A stretch of 63,741 nt of DNA, filler included, from Globobulimina sp. (GCA_003354225.1; 36 parts of 36 records of this genome joined end to end with filler, not necessarily neighbours in it); one strand, 5' to 3'. Counted from the whole stretch's first letter, positions 12,422 through 25,423 are shown. Translations and numbers: made by a program. Notes: generated from the letters alone by a model not told the origin.

Positions 12422-13072
12422 CCGGAAATATGAATGAAATGAGGTATACCAGCCATTTGTAATAAAAACGCAAATGCCGCAAACTCTTTAGGTGGCAAGA
12501 TATGTTTAGCAACATTGGCCATGGCACAAATATGCAAAGATACCTTGATGGCGTATGCGTTGGCGGCCTGTTTGAACATTGAGAATGGTGGGAAAGTAAG
12601 CAATGAATTGGAGAAATGTATCGAAGCAAATACGTTGTTGAGTGGTATTGGATTTGAGAGTGGAGGCATTGCGTTGGCGCACGCCATTGCTCATTCTATG
12701 ACTGTGGGTGCCAGGAAGCATAAGCAATATATGCATGGGGAGGAGGTGGCGGTGGGATTGCTGACACAGTTAGCATTTGAACATAATATGGATGAGTTGG
12801 TGAAAGTGGCGGTGTTGTTTTGCAAAGTTGGATTGCCGATAAGTTATAAACAGCTAAAGTTAGATATATTTAATGAGAATGATGAACTGAATTCAATATT
12901 TGAGGTGTTATTTGGGGATAGATTGGAATTTAGGAATAATGAAATTGGTGATGTGAATAAGGAAACTGTGGTGAATGCAATGTGTAGAGCGGAGAAATGT
13001 GTTGAACCGATTTTAAATGATGTTGGACAACAAAGATTTTCAAGGTTTCATGCAAATATTGATGACATCTGA
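12422..13072 (+). CDS. gldA: NAD-dependent glycerol dehydrogenase (GldA type), 5' partial
   Basis: IEANTLLSGIGFESGGIALAHAIAH...HGEEVAVGLLTQL matches the GldA metal-binding region. Confidence 0.88.
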
Positions 13073-13233
13073 GCTAGATCTATTTTATGTGTTTTTTGAA
13101 ATATTGTAAATCTATATTTATTCTTAAAGTTTAGAAGATATTTATTCTTCAATATTGAATAAAAAAAAGTGTTCTATTGTGCACCGAGTGTGAGGATACA
13201 AAAACTAGGTACTCTGCTCTTTTCGCGTATACA

Positions 13234-14095
13234 TTACTTGTCATCTTTTCGCGTATACATAAAATGCCTAAATAAACATGCAGCAATGGACACAGAACTA
13301 TCAATTCGAGAATAATCACTTGTCATATTTTTAACGTTTTGCCAATTATCTTGTGTATCCTCGACATGTAAATTCACAAAAGTACCTCTGTTTATTAACA
13401 CTTCACATTCATCACTAAATTTACTTATCCACGACACGTCTGCACAAACAATACCGTCACAATCAATATCTCTTTCCATTTCAATTATCATTCCTCCATT
13501 GTTATTTTTTTTGCCATTATTCATATAATCGATTGCGATCTCTTTTTTCCATGATGCACTGACAAATGTTTTAAATGTTCCTCTTTGTTTATTTCTCACT
13601 AAATTTGTTGTTTGTAAACCTGTATAAATCTTATATTCACCACGTTCTTTTTCATGTAATTTAGTAATTGCTGAATCTAAACAATATTCCATCCACTTCC
13701 ATTTATCATTATTTGTATTATTATTTCTTTCATCCTCTGATAAATACCAATTACATTCACTTCCTGTATACAATATAAGTGATAACATCTCACCGCGATT
13801 TAATGGACATCCTAATGTAATTTGCGATTTTGTCGCGGAAACTTCATGTTTCATTATGACCTTTACAGTGAATGGATTTATTCCATTAATATTACCAGAA
13901 ACTTCCGTGCCCCAATCACAGATACCAAATTTTTGAGGATAATATTTTTTATGCATTTCTCGTTCAATTTTATCTTTTATTTCTTTCGATTTTTTATAAT
14001 TATATTGATTTGACTCAGATAAATCAACATTGATTGTTATTTGTGTATTAAAATCATGGTTAGAATCACAAATAATTGATAGTGTTACATCTTTT
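13234..14095 (-). CDS. Mono-ADP-ribosyltransferase-like (R-S-E clade fold), 5' partial
   Basis: LILYTG, IYTGL, FVSASW, DVSWISKFSDECEVL. Confidence 0.7.
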
Positions 14096-14304
14096 NNNNN
14101 NNNNNNNNNNNNNNNNNNNNNNNNNNNNNNNNNNNNNNNTTAATTAATTAANNNNNNNNNNNNNNNNNNNNNNNNNNNNNNNNNNNNNNNNNNNNATCGA
14201 AAATGGTTTTGGCTATCTTGAATAATACAAGTGCAAGGATTGCTTTTCGTTGTTTCTAGCGACAAGAAGTTTAATTGAAATAAAATGTAATTGTATCATA
14301 ATGG

Positions 14305-15869
14305 TCAAACAGGAGGTAAGGAGACAGAAAATATCCAATTATATGAAGAATGATTGTTTGTTAAATAACTGATAACAATAAATGAGATTTTGCGATTATT
14401 GATCTTATTTATTATAATTTGATTTCGTTTTAAACATTTTAAAAAGAGCTTAATTGCTTTCCAATCAATTTTCATTGCCATTATATGGCCATAATAATAT
14501 TCAACCCGACCAAATATAAAAACCATTCTGATAAAAATACACAAGAATACCAAATACATTCCGAACACACAAACAATAAACATATGTTCATATTTGTTGT
14601 CATTATCAACAATCCATTCACATAAACTCTTGAAATTATTATTTACATTTTGTGCTAACAAATAAATACAAAAAAACCAGCATAATGGGAATAAATATGA
14701 ATAGATTCTTAAACAAATGTATAAAATCCGAATAAATGCGCCTCCGCACTTGATTGACGAATAAAATTTATATCGTTGAAACATTGATAAATATGGTAAT
14801 TTGCCACGAGATATTTTATTAATATATTTTTTTTTCATCAACCAATTAAATTTAAAATATTCCAATTGATATTCAAAACATACGCTATCAGCATTACAAT
14901 GTTCGACAATAACGTTTTTATTTCTATTTGTTGCAGTTATTAACGAAGAACGTACATCTTCCAAACACATCTTATAATTAACATCATAGCAACAATATTT
15001 CCTTGATTTTGCAGGCAGCGCTGTATGAGATGACAAATGTAAATATGCATAAAATCTATCATATAATGGTTCCATTTTAATTGACAAGTTACATGATACC
15101 AACTCATTAATGTAACGACGATATTCCATATTTTTTATCCATTTCCAGACAACGAAAATCGATGAAAATGGCACGCTGTTTATAAGTATAATATATTTAT
15201 TGATTGACAGTATGTGGACCCTGCTAAAATTGGATGAAGTTGGATAAATATACAATTTTAACACTGTCGGAATGCTGTCAATTATTAATACCAATATATA
15301 ATATATCGACACCTGAATATGACATAATTAATAAAAGAAAACGTTATCAATGTATCATAAAATGAACTATCATCAGAATGCAAACTTTTGTCCACATAGA
15401 AACGTATCATAATATACATGATAATCAATAATAATTCCATACAAAACGTAGTTAGAATAAATAAGGCAGATTTAAAATATTTAAATAATACATGTTGGCC
15501 ATGAAAGAGAATGAGTGTAAATACATCGATATAATATAATATGCAAATAAAAATACTCAATGGCACAAACCAAGAAAGATTGTATGTTTTGCCATGCATT
15601 GAAGAATTTAAATCTATTCCACGGTCACATAATAAAGTTAACGTAAATACAAATTGTATGGTTATATACGTACACAATGGGATAATATTTACCATCAATT
15701 GTATTTTTGAATAGTTTTGCAATGCTTCTTTTATACAAAATATGCATATAATAATAGGCAATAACAGTGGTATTACCATTATGCCGCATAATAACAATAA
15801 AATACACAAAAGAAATGAGTCGCGCGTTTGTGATGTGATTGCCATGCAACCCAAACAAAGCCCAATCAA
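14305..15869 (-). CDS. Multi-pass membrane protein, 5' partial; 38-nt intron 15275-15312
   Basis: Two hydrophobic ORFs join in frame (VIFSIPTVL) after removing GTGTCG...TGACAG. Confidence 0.65.
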
Positions 15870-16224
15870 NNNNNNNNNNNNNNNNNNNNNNNNNNNNNNN
15901 NNNNNNNNNNNNNTTAATTAATTAANNNNNNNNNNNNNNNNNNNNNNNNNNNNNNNNNNNNNNNNNNNNTTTTAGAACAGATATATCCTTCGGGTCTTCT
16001 AATAAGTGAGCCATAACCAAAAAAAGTTTTGTAAACACTGGGGTTTTCAATGTAAAGATATGTTCAGATAGATAACCCACAGTCCACCGCTTGGATCAAG
16101 GAAAAGCCATGGTAATTGGTTTGGAGCAATTGACATGAAAACAAATTGCATGCTTCAATGCAGATGCAATTTATTTTATACTAATTAAAAGTTACAGTTT
16201 AACAATGAACAAAATGACTATAAG

Positions 16225-17643
16225 TTACCACCTAAAATTCACCCATTTTTTTAGATAAATTGGTAAAAACAGCACAACCCAAATAGTACATCCATATGCA
16301 GTGGAAAGTGTGATCCAAGGATATGCCGCAGGATTATTATTTCCTAATAATAAATATAACATTGGTAAATATGTAAAAATTAAATAAACTGAAATGCACA
16401 AATGATTCCATTTTGCATATTCAATGCATTGTTTCTTATATAAACGGACTGTGGCCGCTGCTGTCGGTAATAATGGCAATGCCAAATAAAACAATTGTAA
16501 TATTAACTGACCAATGGCTCTGAAAAAATATATACACATATAACACATTGGTTTTTTGTGTTTTTTGATTTTCTTTTTTTTCTTTCCTTTCTTATTCTTA
16601 TCCTTCTCTGCATTCTCTGCATAGACTCGTAACGGCTTAAAACATATCAATGATAATCGCGAACCATCCTCATCCACAAAAATAAATGCAAATATTAAGC
16701 GGATCAGAATTGACCAACAAATCAAGGTTATAAAAGTGCGAATATCTAATTCATGTTTGTCATTACTGAAATATTCAATAAACACTGGGAAAATATTAAT
16801 TAATTCCAAGATCGTCAAAGGTGATATGGAGCATAACCATAAAATCATTAATTTCAGACATCGTACCACTGTCAAATTGCCCTGATTTGATTGTTGCAAC
16901 CAAGCAAACATTGGCGACAATATTAAATGTCCAGAACCAACACCCAATTGAACCCAATTCCAGATTATAACATCTTGTGTGTTGGTCATCATATACATTA
17001 AATTTAATAAATACTGACACAAAGCAGAGGCCATATGGAACGGTAAGCTGTGTACTCCGGGAATTAACATTAATGTATAAATCACGCCAAAAGGCGGCAA
17101 CGATATAAAACAGCGCAAGAGCGGTGCAATATATTTACCCGCACATCCACAATAATCGGTATGTATAAAAAAACAACACGAATTTAAGAAATACGATATG
17201 AGCGTTAATCCAATGGCGATGATGCATGGTATAAAATATATATTTTGTACATGTCTGCCTAATGGAGCCGTCTCATGCGGCCAATACACATAAATGGCCA
17301 TACAAACATCGACGAATAAACTCCCAAATATCAAGCACACGGACAATATGGCAATGATCATATAAAATAATGTGTTCATAAACTCACAACAACCGTATCT
17401 ATCGTCGTCGTGGTCATATGCCTCCTCTTCATGTTTGATGACAATGTTATCGTAGGAACTATACTGAGACTGTGAGACTGAATGCGGTGTTCCTAATGCT
17501 TGATATTCACTTTCTTGTTTTTTTTTGCGTTTTTTTTTGCGTTTTTTGCGTTTCTTTTTCTTGTGCTTATCTCCGTCGATATAATTGTCAATTATTACAT
17601 TGTTGTTGCTATCGATGCTAAGTTGTTTGTGTTCTTCTTGATG
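16225..17643 (-). CDS. Multi-pass membrane protein, unknown family, 5' partial
   Basis: Long open frame to the contig edge with many TM segments. Confidence 0.6.
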   Translation of the reverse strand, partial: HQEEHKQLSIDSNNNVIIDNYIDGDKHKKKKRKKRKKKRKKKQESEYQALGTPHSVSQSQYSSYDNIVIKHEEEAYDHDDDRYGCCEFMNTLFYMIIAILSVCLIFGSLFVDVCMAIYVYWPHETAPLGRHVQNIYFIPCIIAIGLTLISYFLNSCCFFIHTDYCGCAGKYIAPLLRCFISLPPFGVIYTLMLIPGVHSLPFHMASALCQYLLNLMYMMTNTQDVIIWNWVQLGVGSGHLILSPMFAWLQQSNQGNLTVVRCLKLMILWLCSISPLTILELINIFPVFIEYFSNDKHELDIRTFITLICWSILIRLIFAFIFVDEDGSRLSLICFKPLRVYAENAEKDKNKKGKKKKKIKKHKKPMCYMCIYFFRAIGQLILQLFYLALPLLPTAAATVRLYKKQCIEYAKWNHLCISVYLIFTYLPMLYLLLGNNNPAAYPWITLSTAYGCTIWVVLFLPIYLKKWVNFRW

Positions 17644-17749
17644 NNNNNNNNNNNNNNNNNNNNNNNNNNNNNNNNNNNNNNNNNNNNTTAATTAATTAAN
17701 NNNNNNNNNNNNNNNNNNNNNNNNNNNNNNNNNNNNNNNNNNNTTATTC

Positions 17750-19072
17750 ATGGCATGGCTCCGTGAAAGTTCTAAATTTCTTCGAAAGTTGGCAGAATCT
17801 GTCAAATATCCTAATTCAGAATTATGGAATGAATGCTACACTGCAATTGCAAAAATTGAAAGTAAGTTTAAAATAGCTGCATTTTGCGTGTTATCACCCA
17901 ACGACGTAAACACAATGATATTACAACAGAAAGAATTATGGATAACAAATGAAAAATCTGTTGAAGAAATTTTAAAACATCTTATATTTCATTCAAAGCA
18001 TCCTGTCATGCCAAGTTTATTTATATATTTAGTTTCCGCTCCGAACCCATCTTTAAAAGCAAAAGGATGGACCACAATGATTACGATGGCACATAATTAT
18101 TGTTGCACAGTCTTTGAAAAATTTCATTTGTTCGCACATTTTCATCCTTTCTATGTGAGTGTGTTTGATTTACTGTTAACAATACAATTTAGTGAGTTTG
18201 CTGATCGTGGTTCCAAACGGAAATACATATTTTGGCGGACCTTTTATTTGTTGAATCAGTCAGATAAAATTACCGGTGATCCTTTTACAGTGTCTACCCG
18301 GATAATATATGGTTTTGTGTTTGTTTTAGAAGCAAAATTCATTGAAAATATGTTGTCAAATAAAAATGAGAAGGAATTACGAAAAGAGATGGTGTCAATA
18401 TGGAGCTCGTATCCATTCACAAAATTATCAAATATATTAATTGATGTAAAGAAATTGAGCAAAGTATTAATTAGTTGGCGGAACTATAGAGATATTGAGG
18501 AATATGGCAAAATGTTGATACCTGATCAATTTGGACAACAAGCTTACGATCGTACGCATGCCGCAGGAGACATAGCTTTTCTTTATGGAATGATGCATTT
18601 ACAAAATAAAAGATATTTGGATGCAAAGTATGAGTTTATTTTTGCGATTTGCAATGCAAATTCATTTGCGATAATATCGTTGTCATTGCGATCTTTAAGC
18701 AAACTTTGTAAAGATTTTGGTGAATATGGAATTGCTTTTAAATGTTTAAAACGTGCGTATAAATTATGTCATATTGATAATGAAATGTGTATTACACCAT
18801 CGTTTGTAGAGAGATATGATACAAAAAAGAGATTATTTATAAATGAATTGAATAAAATGCAATGTGGATATTGTGGAAAGAAAAAAGGAATAAAATTACG
18901 ATCATGCAGTGGATGTATGAAAGTAATGTATTGTAATAAAAAATGTCAAAAAAAGCATTGGAAAAAAGTACATAAATATTATAATAATTGTGACAAAAAG
19001 TTTTGGCACACCTCTCGTAATTATAAAATGCTTAAAAATTTGAATGTTTTTCTACTCTCACCTTGGAAATGA
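17750..19072 (+). CDS. Helical protein with C-terminal MYND zinc finger
   Basis: CGYCG...CSGCMKVMYCNKKCQKKHWKKVH. Confidence 0.82.
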   Translation: MAWLRESSKFLRKLAESVKYPNSELWNECYTAIAKIESKFKIAAFCVLSPNDVNTMILQQKELWITNEKSVEEILKHLIFHSKHPVMPSLFIYLVSAPNPSLKAKGWTTMITMAHNYCCTVFEKFHLFAHFHPFYVSVFDLLLTIQFSEFADRGSKRKYIFWRTFYLLNQSDKITGDPFTVSTRIIYGFVFVLEAKFIENMLSNKNEKELRKEMVSIWSSYPFTKLSNILIDVKKLSKVLISWRNYRDIEEYGKMLIPDQFGQQAYDRTHAAGDIAFLYGMMHLQNKRYLDAKYEFIFAICNANSFAIISLSLRSLSKLCKDFGEYGIAFKCLKRAYKLCHIDNEMCITPSFVERYDTKKRLFINELNKMQCGYCGKKKGIKLRSCSGCMKVMYCNKKCQKKHWKKVHKYYNNCDKKFWHTSRNYKMLKNLNVFLLSPWK

Positions 19073-19417
19073 TGGACCGGTTACGAGTATTGTTTGTGAC
19101 ATATTTATATCCGTACATTGAACGATTTGTGTTAAGCTGCATAAGTAACGATTCACATCCGCCAGAATTAGAGATCTACAAATACGGAAATCTAAAATGT
19201 GCGGAAATTTTATTTTTTATTCACGGATATCCCGATAATCATTCTTTATGGAATCATCAAATCGAACATTTTGAAAATGATTACTTTTGCGTCACACTGC
19301 CATTACCAAATTATAACGCAAATAAACTTGATTATAAAAATAAATATGGATTTGACTGGCCTGTGGTTGCAAAATTAATCGCAAATAAATTAATTGAAAT
19401 CAGTAAGGAGCATAACT
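19069..19417 (+). CDS. Alpha/beta hydrolase (epoxide-hydrolase-like), 3' partial
   Basis: ILFFIHGYPDNHSLWNHQI oxyanion (HGxP) motif. Confidence 0.75.
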
Positions 19418-19518
19418 NNNNNNNNNNNNNNNNNNNNNNNNNNNNNNNNNNNNNNNNNNNNTTAATTAATTAANNNNNNNNNNNNNNNNNNNNNNNNNNN
19501 NNNNNNNNNNNNNNNNNA

Positions 19519-19716
19519 TCAAATAATAATTTCATTTTCAGAGAAACTTCTGCTTTGACTGGAATAGGAATAAAGGAATTATTTCACCACATTGGCCGAT
19601 CAATACCTTCAAATATAAACCAATCGAATAAATCGGATCTATCTTCTTCACAGATTGAATTTATTAGAGATGATGACAATTTTAGTGAACAAAGAAAGAC
19701 CAAATTGTGTTGCTAG
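19519..19716 (+). CDS. Rab small GTPase, C-terminal fragment
   Basis: FRETSALTGIGIKELF (G5 motif) and terminal CC prenylation motif; not in the ORF track. Confidence 0.82.
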   Translation, partial: SNNNFIFRETSALTGIGIKELFHHIGRSIPSNINQSNKSDLSSSQIEFIRDDDNFSEQRKTKLCC

Positions 19717-19872
19717 TAATTACAAAATTGTGCAAGGATGATGCAAATTGCAAAACATCATTCAATACCAATACCAATAGCTATTGCCTATTGCCTATTG
19801 GTGTAGCGATTGCTATCTGTTACTACATTTTTGAGATGAAAAGATTTTCCAGTGTACTCAACTGAAAACACA

Positions 19873-21191
19873 ATGCTGAGGTTTCTTTTTTATGCCACTT
19901 TTGACAACAAAATAGGTCCACAACTACCAATTTGTGTGCCTCACCCATTTATCACATTAAAAGAGTTCAATGAAATTGCAGGTTATATCATCCCTCGGCC
20001 ATCATTGTCTCGCCGTCTTATTTCGTTTCATTGGAAATCTAATATTATTTTGAATTTTCCTGTATGTAACTTGCGTAATTATGTATATATTGTATTGCAT
20101 TGCATTGTCATATTTAGTATAGATTCGTATTGAGGACAGCAAATATGAACGGCATGCATTTTTTTTCAGTTTTGGTATGGTATTAATGAAAAATAACAAT
20201 AGCAATAAAGCAAATTCATACAATGATAATGAAAATAATAAGGATGCTAATGAGGGAGACAAAGGTGACAATAATAACAACAATAAAAACAATGAGAGTG
20301 AGAGTGAGAGTGAAACAGAAATGGATGAAATAGAGATTGAATCATACGAACGCATATTAAAAAGATTGACATTGATTTTTTTATCATTGGAAAATGATTT
20401 CTTATACTTATCGCAACATAATAAATGCGACCATTATCCGTCGCATTTTGAATATTTAAATGAGAGTGAGAGTGATAGAAAAGGTCAAGGTGATGGCGAC
20501 TATTTGTTGCGAAATGTATTAAGTAAAATATTTGAAGGATTTAAGACTCGCGGCGAGTGCACAGTGAATCTATTCCAGTCTCGAAAAATTGCACTCTCGT
20601 TATATAATAAACTGTCATCGCCGCCAATGGTATATTATCATGATGTGCCTGTTTTAATTTGTGATCTAACTCATACAAATTGCATGGATAACAGATGCGA
20701 CATCTCCTTACAATATGTGTTAAAGCAAATAAATTCTGTAAACCACGTCAAACGAATATGTCACATATTAGCATCCAAATTGATTGACGTTGATTTTAAT
20801 TCGATTAAGGAATGTATCAAACAATTATTATATTATAAATATATTGTAATCACTGACATATTTAAGTACAACAATTTATATATAATTACTAAAAATATTA
20901 ATAATTTTATAAATAGTCCTCAAATGCAACGATCGCTTTTATCATTCTCAATAATGAAGGATATCGATATCGATGATGATGATGGTAATGATAATAATAA
21001 TAATAATAATAATAATAAACATCAACTTATTAATCAAATATATAAACAGTACACATTGTTGAATGGCAAATTGACAGTTACAGAGTTTATGAAAAAATAT
21101 AAATGGAAGCAACATCCTATTTTAAAGCAATTTGATATTCATAAGTTTGTCTTATTTGGTACTGTTAATAAATTGATTCGAAGGATTCATC
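19873..21191 (+). CDS. NPRL2: GATOR1 subunit NPRL2/Npr2, 3' partial; intron 20062-20122
   Basis: FYATFDNKIGP, YIIPRPSL, FP|IRIEDSKYERHAFFFSFG, DVPVL, INSVNHVKRI, QLLYY, FVLFG. Confidence 0.87.
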
Positions 21192-21292
21192 NNNNNNNNN
21201 NNNNNNNNNNNNNNNNNNNNNNNNNNNNNNNNNNNTTAATTAATTAANNNNNNNNNNNNNNNNNNNNNNNNNNNNNNNNNNNNNNNNNNNNT

Positions 21293-22804
21293 GACAAAAT
21301 AAAACTAAAAGAAGCCACAGACAAACAACTGGAAACAATCAAAATACAAACTAATATAAAGAATTTTGTACCAGAACAACTTTATCTTTGGGCTGGCATA
21401 CCAACACCATATGAAAGATGGACCACTTTAAAACTTTCCTTTTATTGGAAATTAATAAAAGGTGGAGATATATCAATGATGCACAAATGGGCACATTTAC
21501 CTCATATACATCACCATAAACTTTTCAAACAATATAAAAATCTGAAAAATAAATGGCTACCAATCCAATTAAAAAATTCCGAGAATGGTATAATCACAGT
21601 TGATCCATTTGATACTGCTCAAAATTGCCATGAAATCCGCCCAATGATAGTTAAAAATCAACACATCCAAATAATAAATACATTAAATAAATACCATCCC
21701 ATAAAAATACTGAAACACATAACAAATCACTACCAGCCAATGAATATATATGAATCCAATGAATTAGCTGAATATGTCACCAATGACATGGTAGAAATCT
21801 ACAGAGAATTATTCTATAATTTCAATCAAAAACATAATTACTGTAATTGCTGCAACACCTTAACAAATAAACCAATTGAAGTGCATCTTTCAATATACTG
21901 TCCAGCAATAAATACTTTAAGACAAGAATACTGGAATCATGCAAGTTCTGTCTTTGCCAAAAATGGTGCTTCCATTAATAAAATCCATAACCAAATATAC
22001 ATGCAAAGATTAATTGAAATGTGCTCCAATGTAAACATAAACAAAGCAAACCTATGGAATATTATTTGCGGTGCCAATTTATATGATACTGATTCAAATA
22101 AGTTCATCTATACACACCACCACATAAACATAAACACTTCCAAAAATACATTATATAATAACATTATCTCCCAAACACATAGATGGCTTTACCATATGAA
22201 CCAACTAAACAACTCCAAAACTACAATAAGAAGAATAATGTCCAAACACAATATGGTTCCAGATAACATGATAATTTTCCATATCCGTAATGATAACATC
22301 AATGATTGGAACAATTACAAAAGGAAACTTTCACCCACAGATCTCATAATTGCCACCGATTCCTCACACAACCCAGCCACCAACACCACAGGAATAGGAA
22401 TATTCATAAAAGACAATAAAAACATCCATTGCTTCACACAGCCATTAGGGCCCCAATCCAATAATTTTGGAGAACTATATGCTATGCTAAAATCCAATTT
22501 CCTTTTACAACATTACAAAATAATAACAAATAATCGACGAATCTTTATCTTTACAGATTCACTTTGCAATTTCATTCCATTGATTACCACACCAAAAAAC
22601 GTACACAATATGCCACACTCCCTATACTTCAAACAAACACAAAACTACATCAAACAAAATAAAATAATCCTTTGGAAAGTAAAATCACACACCACACCAC
22701 AGCAACCCTTCAATGCTGTAGCAGATGCACTTGCAGATATTGGTAGAAACCATCCATGTAATTCTAATCTAATAAATATAAACTTCAATTCGGTTCGCTA
22801 TTAA
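21293..22804 (+). mobile_element. Non-LTR retrotransposon ORF C-terminus: thumb, CCHC knuckle, RNase H
   Basis: CNCC...HLSIYCP; RNase H motifs TDSS, NNFGEL, FTDS, WKVKSH, NAVADALA; strong A/C strand bias. Confidence 0.85.
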
Positions 22805-23316
22805 CAAGAATCACTTTTCATTTTGATTATTTACATCATTTGCACTTCCTGTGGTTGTACATGTGCTGCCATCATTAGTTGTTTTATTCTCTCTCAATCC
22901 AAATGCATTTTTGCCTTCTCCTAAATATTTACTTTTAACAACATCCTCAAAACTGTCATCCGAATNNNNNNNNNNNNNNNNNNNNNNNNNNNNNNNNNNN
23001 NNNNNNNNNTTAATTAATTAANNNNNNNNNNNNNNNNNNNNNNNNNNNNNNNNNNNNNNNNNNNNTTGATGTGTCTGCATCAGTATCTAAATGAACATAT
23101 TTTGTTTCATCGAATTAGATTTTGTGGGGAAAAAAATGAAAGGAAAAAAAACAAGTCATAAGACAAGTCTGTTAAAATTGTTTGATGCCTTGAAAATTGT
23201 TTGATGTCTTGTGACTTCTTTGCTTTTTATTTCATATTCTGAGTGTCTATAACATATATATATCAGCACTTTTTAATTACACGACACTGTCTGGTGGCGC
23301 TCCGAATGCAGCCGAT

Positions 23317-24270
23317 ATGGAATCATTAGAAACACCAAAAAAGAAACAAAGATTGTCAGTCGATATCGATCCAGTTATTCATAAAAAAAATATGGTCTTA
23401 TTTTGGAAATATATCACCGAACGACACAAAATCTATCAAAAAAGAATTAAGAACCAATCACATCCATGGACTAAAGATGTGATATTATCAAAATGGAAAT
23501 TTACGAATGTATTCAGAGACTGTGACCCCGGCACAAAATATGTCATCAATCAAATTATACCAAAGTTTGAGAATGATTTTCAAAATTTATTATTCAACAT
23601 AATTATTTATAGGATATATAATAAGATTAACACAATGAATAAAATCGGTTTTCAGAATATTCAAAGGTTCAACAAAACAAAAATATTAAATAATTTAAGG
23701 CAAATTGTTAAAAGCGATGAAAAGGTCTTTACCAACGCATTCTTATAATTAGTGCAATCATTCGGATTTATTGATAAAAATATGACTGTCATACATGATA
23801 AAATTGAGCGAACTGTTATTTTCTTTGAAAGAATGACAAAAATTATGCCTGATTTAGCAAGAAATATTTGGGAGAAAAAAAATTCTGAAAATACATACAA
23901 TGCATTGCTAAAATTGCAGGGAATTGGTGAATTTTTGGCGTATCAAATTTTTGTGGATTTGGGATATTGGAATGAAGAAATATTTGATGAAAATACGTTC
24001 GTTATCGCTGGACCCGGAGCTAAAAGGGGCATTGACAGACTTTTTAAAGACAAAAAAGAATTAAAATATGGCCAATGTATTGAATATTTATGTGAAATCC
24101 AGAAAAAATGGTTTGCAAAGAATGCGTGTGACATCGAAACATTATTTGAAGACAGAAAACAAAAATATTTAAATTTAATGGCAATGGAAAATTGTTTGTG
24201 CGAAATATCCAAATATTTAAAAGCTTATTATGATGTTGGAAGACCAAGAAATAAATATAACTCTATTTAG
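23317..24270 (+). pseudogene. Alpha-glutamyl/putrescinyl-thymine pyrophosphorylase clade 1-like DNA base-modification protein, with one in-frame TAA at 23746-23748
   Basis: ERHKIY..R...PWTKDVILSKWKFTNVFRDCDPGT, LFNIIIYRIYN, FTNAF, GIGEFLAYQIFVDL, FVIAGPGAKRGI, MENCLCEISKY; the two ORFs share a frame. Confidence 0.8.
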
Positions 24271-24279
24271 CAAAAAAAT

Positions 24280-24739
24280 TTAAGTCACTTTTTTTTTAGC
24301 TTCATTTAAACGTCCAATTATTATTCGTGTTTCATTCCATCCAGGATATATTTCAAGTATTTCTTGTTCTTTATCAAAATAATTTGAATCAAACAATAAT
24401 GGTTTCTTAATATTTGATGGCGGATTGGCATCATCAACATATAAACATTGATTATATGCATTATATCCCCATAAAAAATATTTGTTATCCGCTGTTTTAA
24501 CAATATTATGATTCCCACCACATTTAATATCAATAATTGTTTCCTTTTTTAATGTTTCATTTGGTTGTGGTAAATATACAGTTTTATTTGAACCATTACC
24601 ACATTGATACCTATCATTGTCTCCAAAACAATATATCTTATTTATTAATTAAAATATATTTGTATATGACAGACAAAACAATATAAAAATAAATAAACAG
24701 ATCAAAACTTTCTTATTTAACGATAATAATATATTATGT
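24280..24739 (-). CDS. RCC1/BLIP-II repeat protein, C-terminal part; intron 24637-24708
   Basis: HNILLS..K|IYCFGDNDRYQCG, IIDIKCGGNHNIV..YFLWGYNAYNQC; 72-nt GT-AG intron; not in the ORF track. Confidence 0.8.
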
Positions 24740-25423
24740 NNNNNNNNNNNNNNNNNNNNNNNNNNNNNNNNNNNNNNNNNNNNTTAATTAATTAANNNNN
24801 NNNNNNNNNNNNNNNNNNNNNNNNNNNNNNNNNNNNNNNACGGTTATACAAACATGGACAGCTTATGCTTATTTCATACAAGGATTACAAATGTTATTGG
24901 CTGTTTTGTACGTTTGTATTGTATTTGGTATTGGTTTGTTGTATGTTGATGTAGAAAGAACTATTGCCACGGAAGAATTTATTGCATCGCGTACATCACA
25001 ACGATACGCAGAGGAATCCAAGCATGATAATCTAAATCTAAATCTACCAAAGCTTGGAATGGATCGGACGGATAACTTAATTAAAGCGGGTTTGGTGAGA
25101 GGGAAAGTAATAAATATGTTAACTCTGGCCAGGCAAAAAAGCAATCAAAGCACGGTATTCGGAGGTTATGACTCAATGTGAAAGAGTAACAAGTGTTATT
25201 TTTAATTTTTAGTGATCGGATTCTTAGGTTAAATTTAACATGATTTTTGTTAGCTGTATAGTTATCGATCGTTGTGTTCATATACATTTCCTAAACTACG
25301 ATGGCATATTAAATCATAATCATAATCATAATCTTCTTTTATACTTTATATCCTATTTATATATTAGTTTATTGCCTTAACTAACATTTTGTCATTTTTC
25401 AAGTCAGTCAAAACAAGCGAATC

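Noticed and set aside
21293-24270. Operon-like link between the RNase H element and the aGPT-like gene
   Set aside because: They lie on different contigs separated by an artificial spacer
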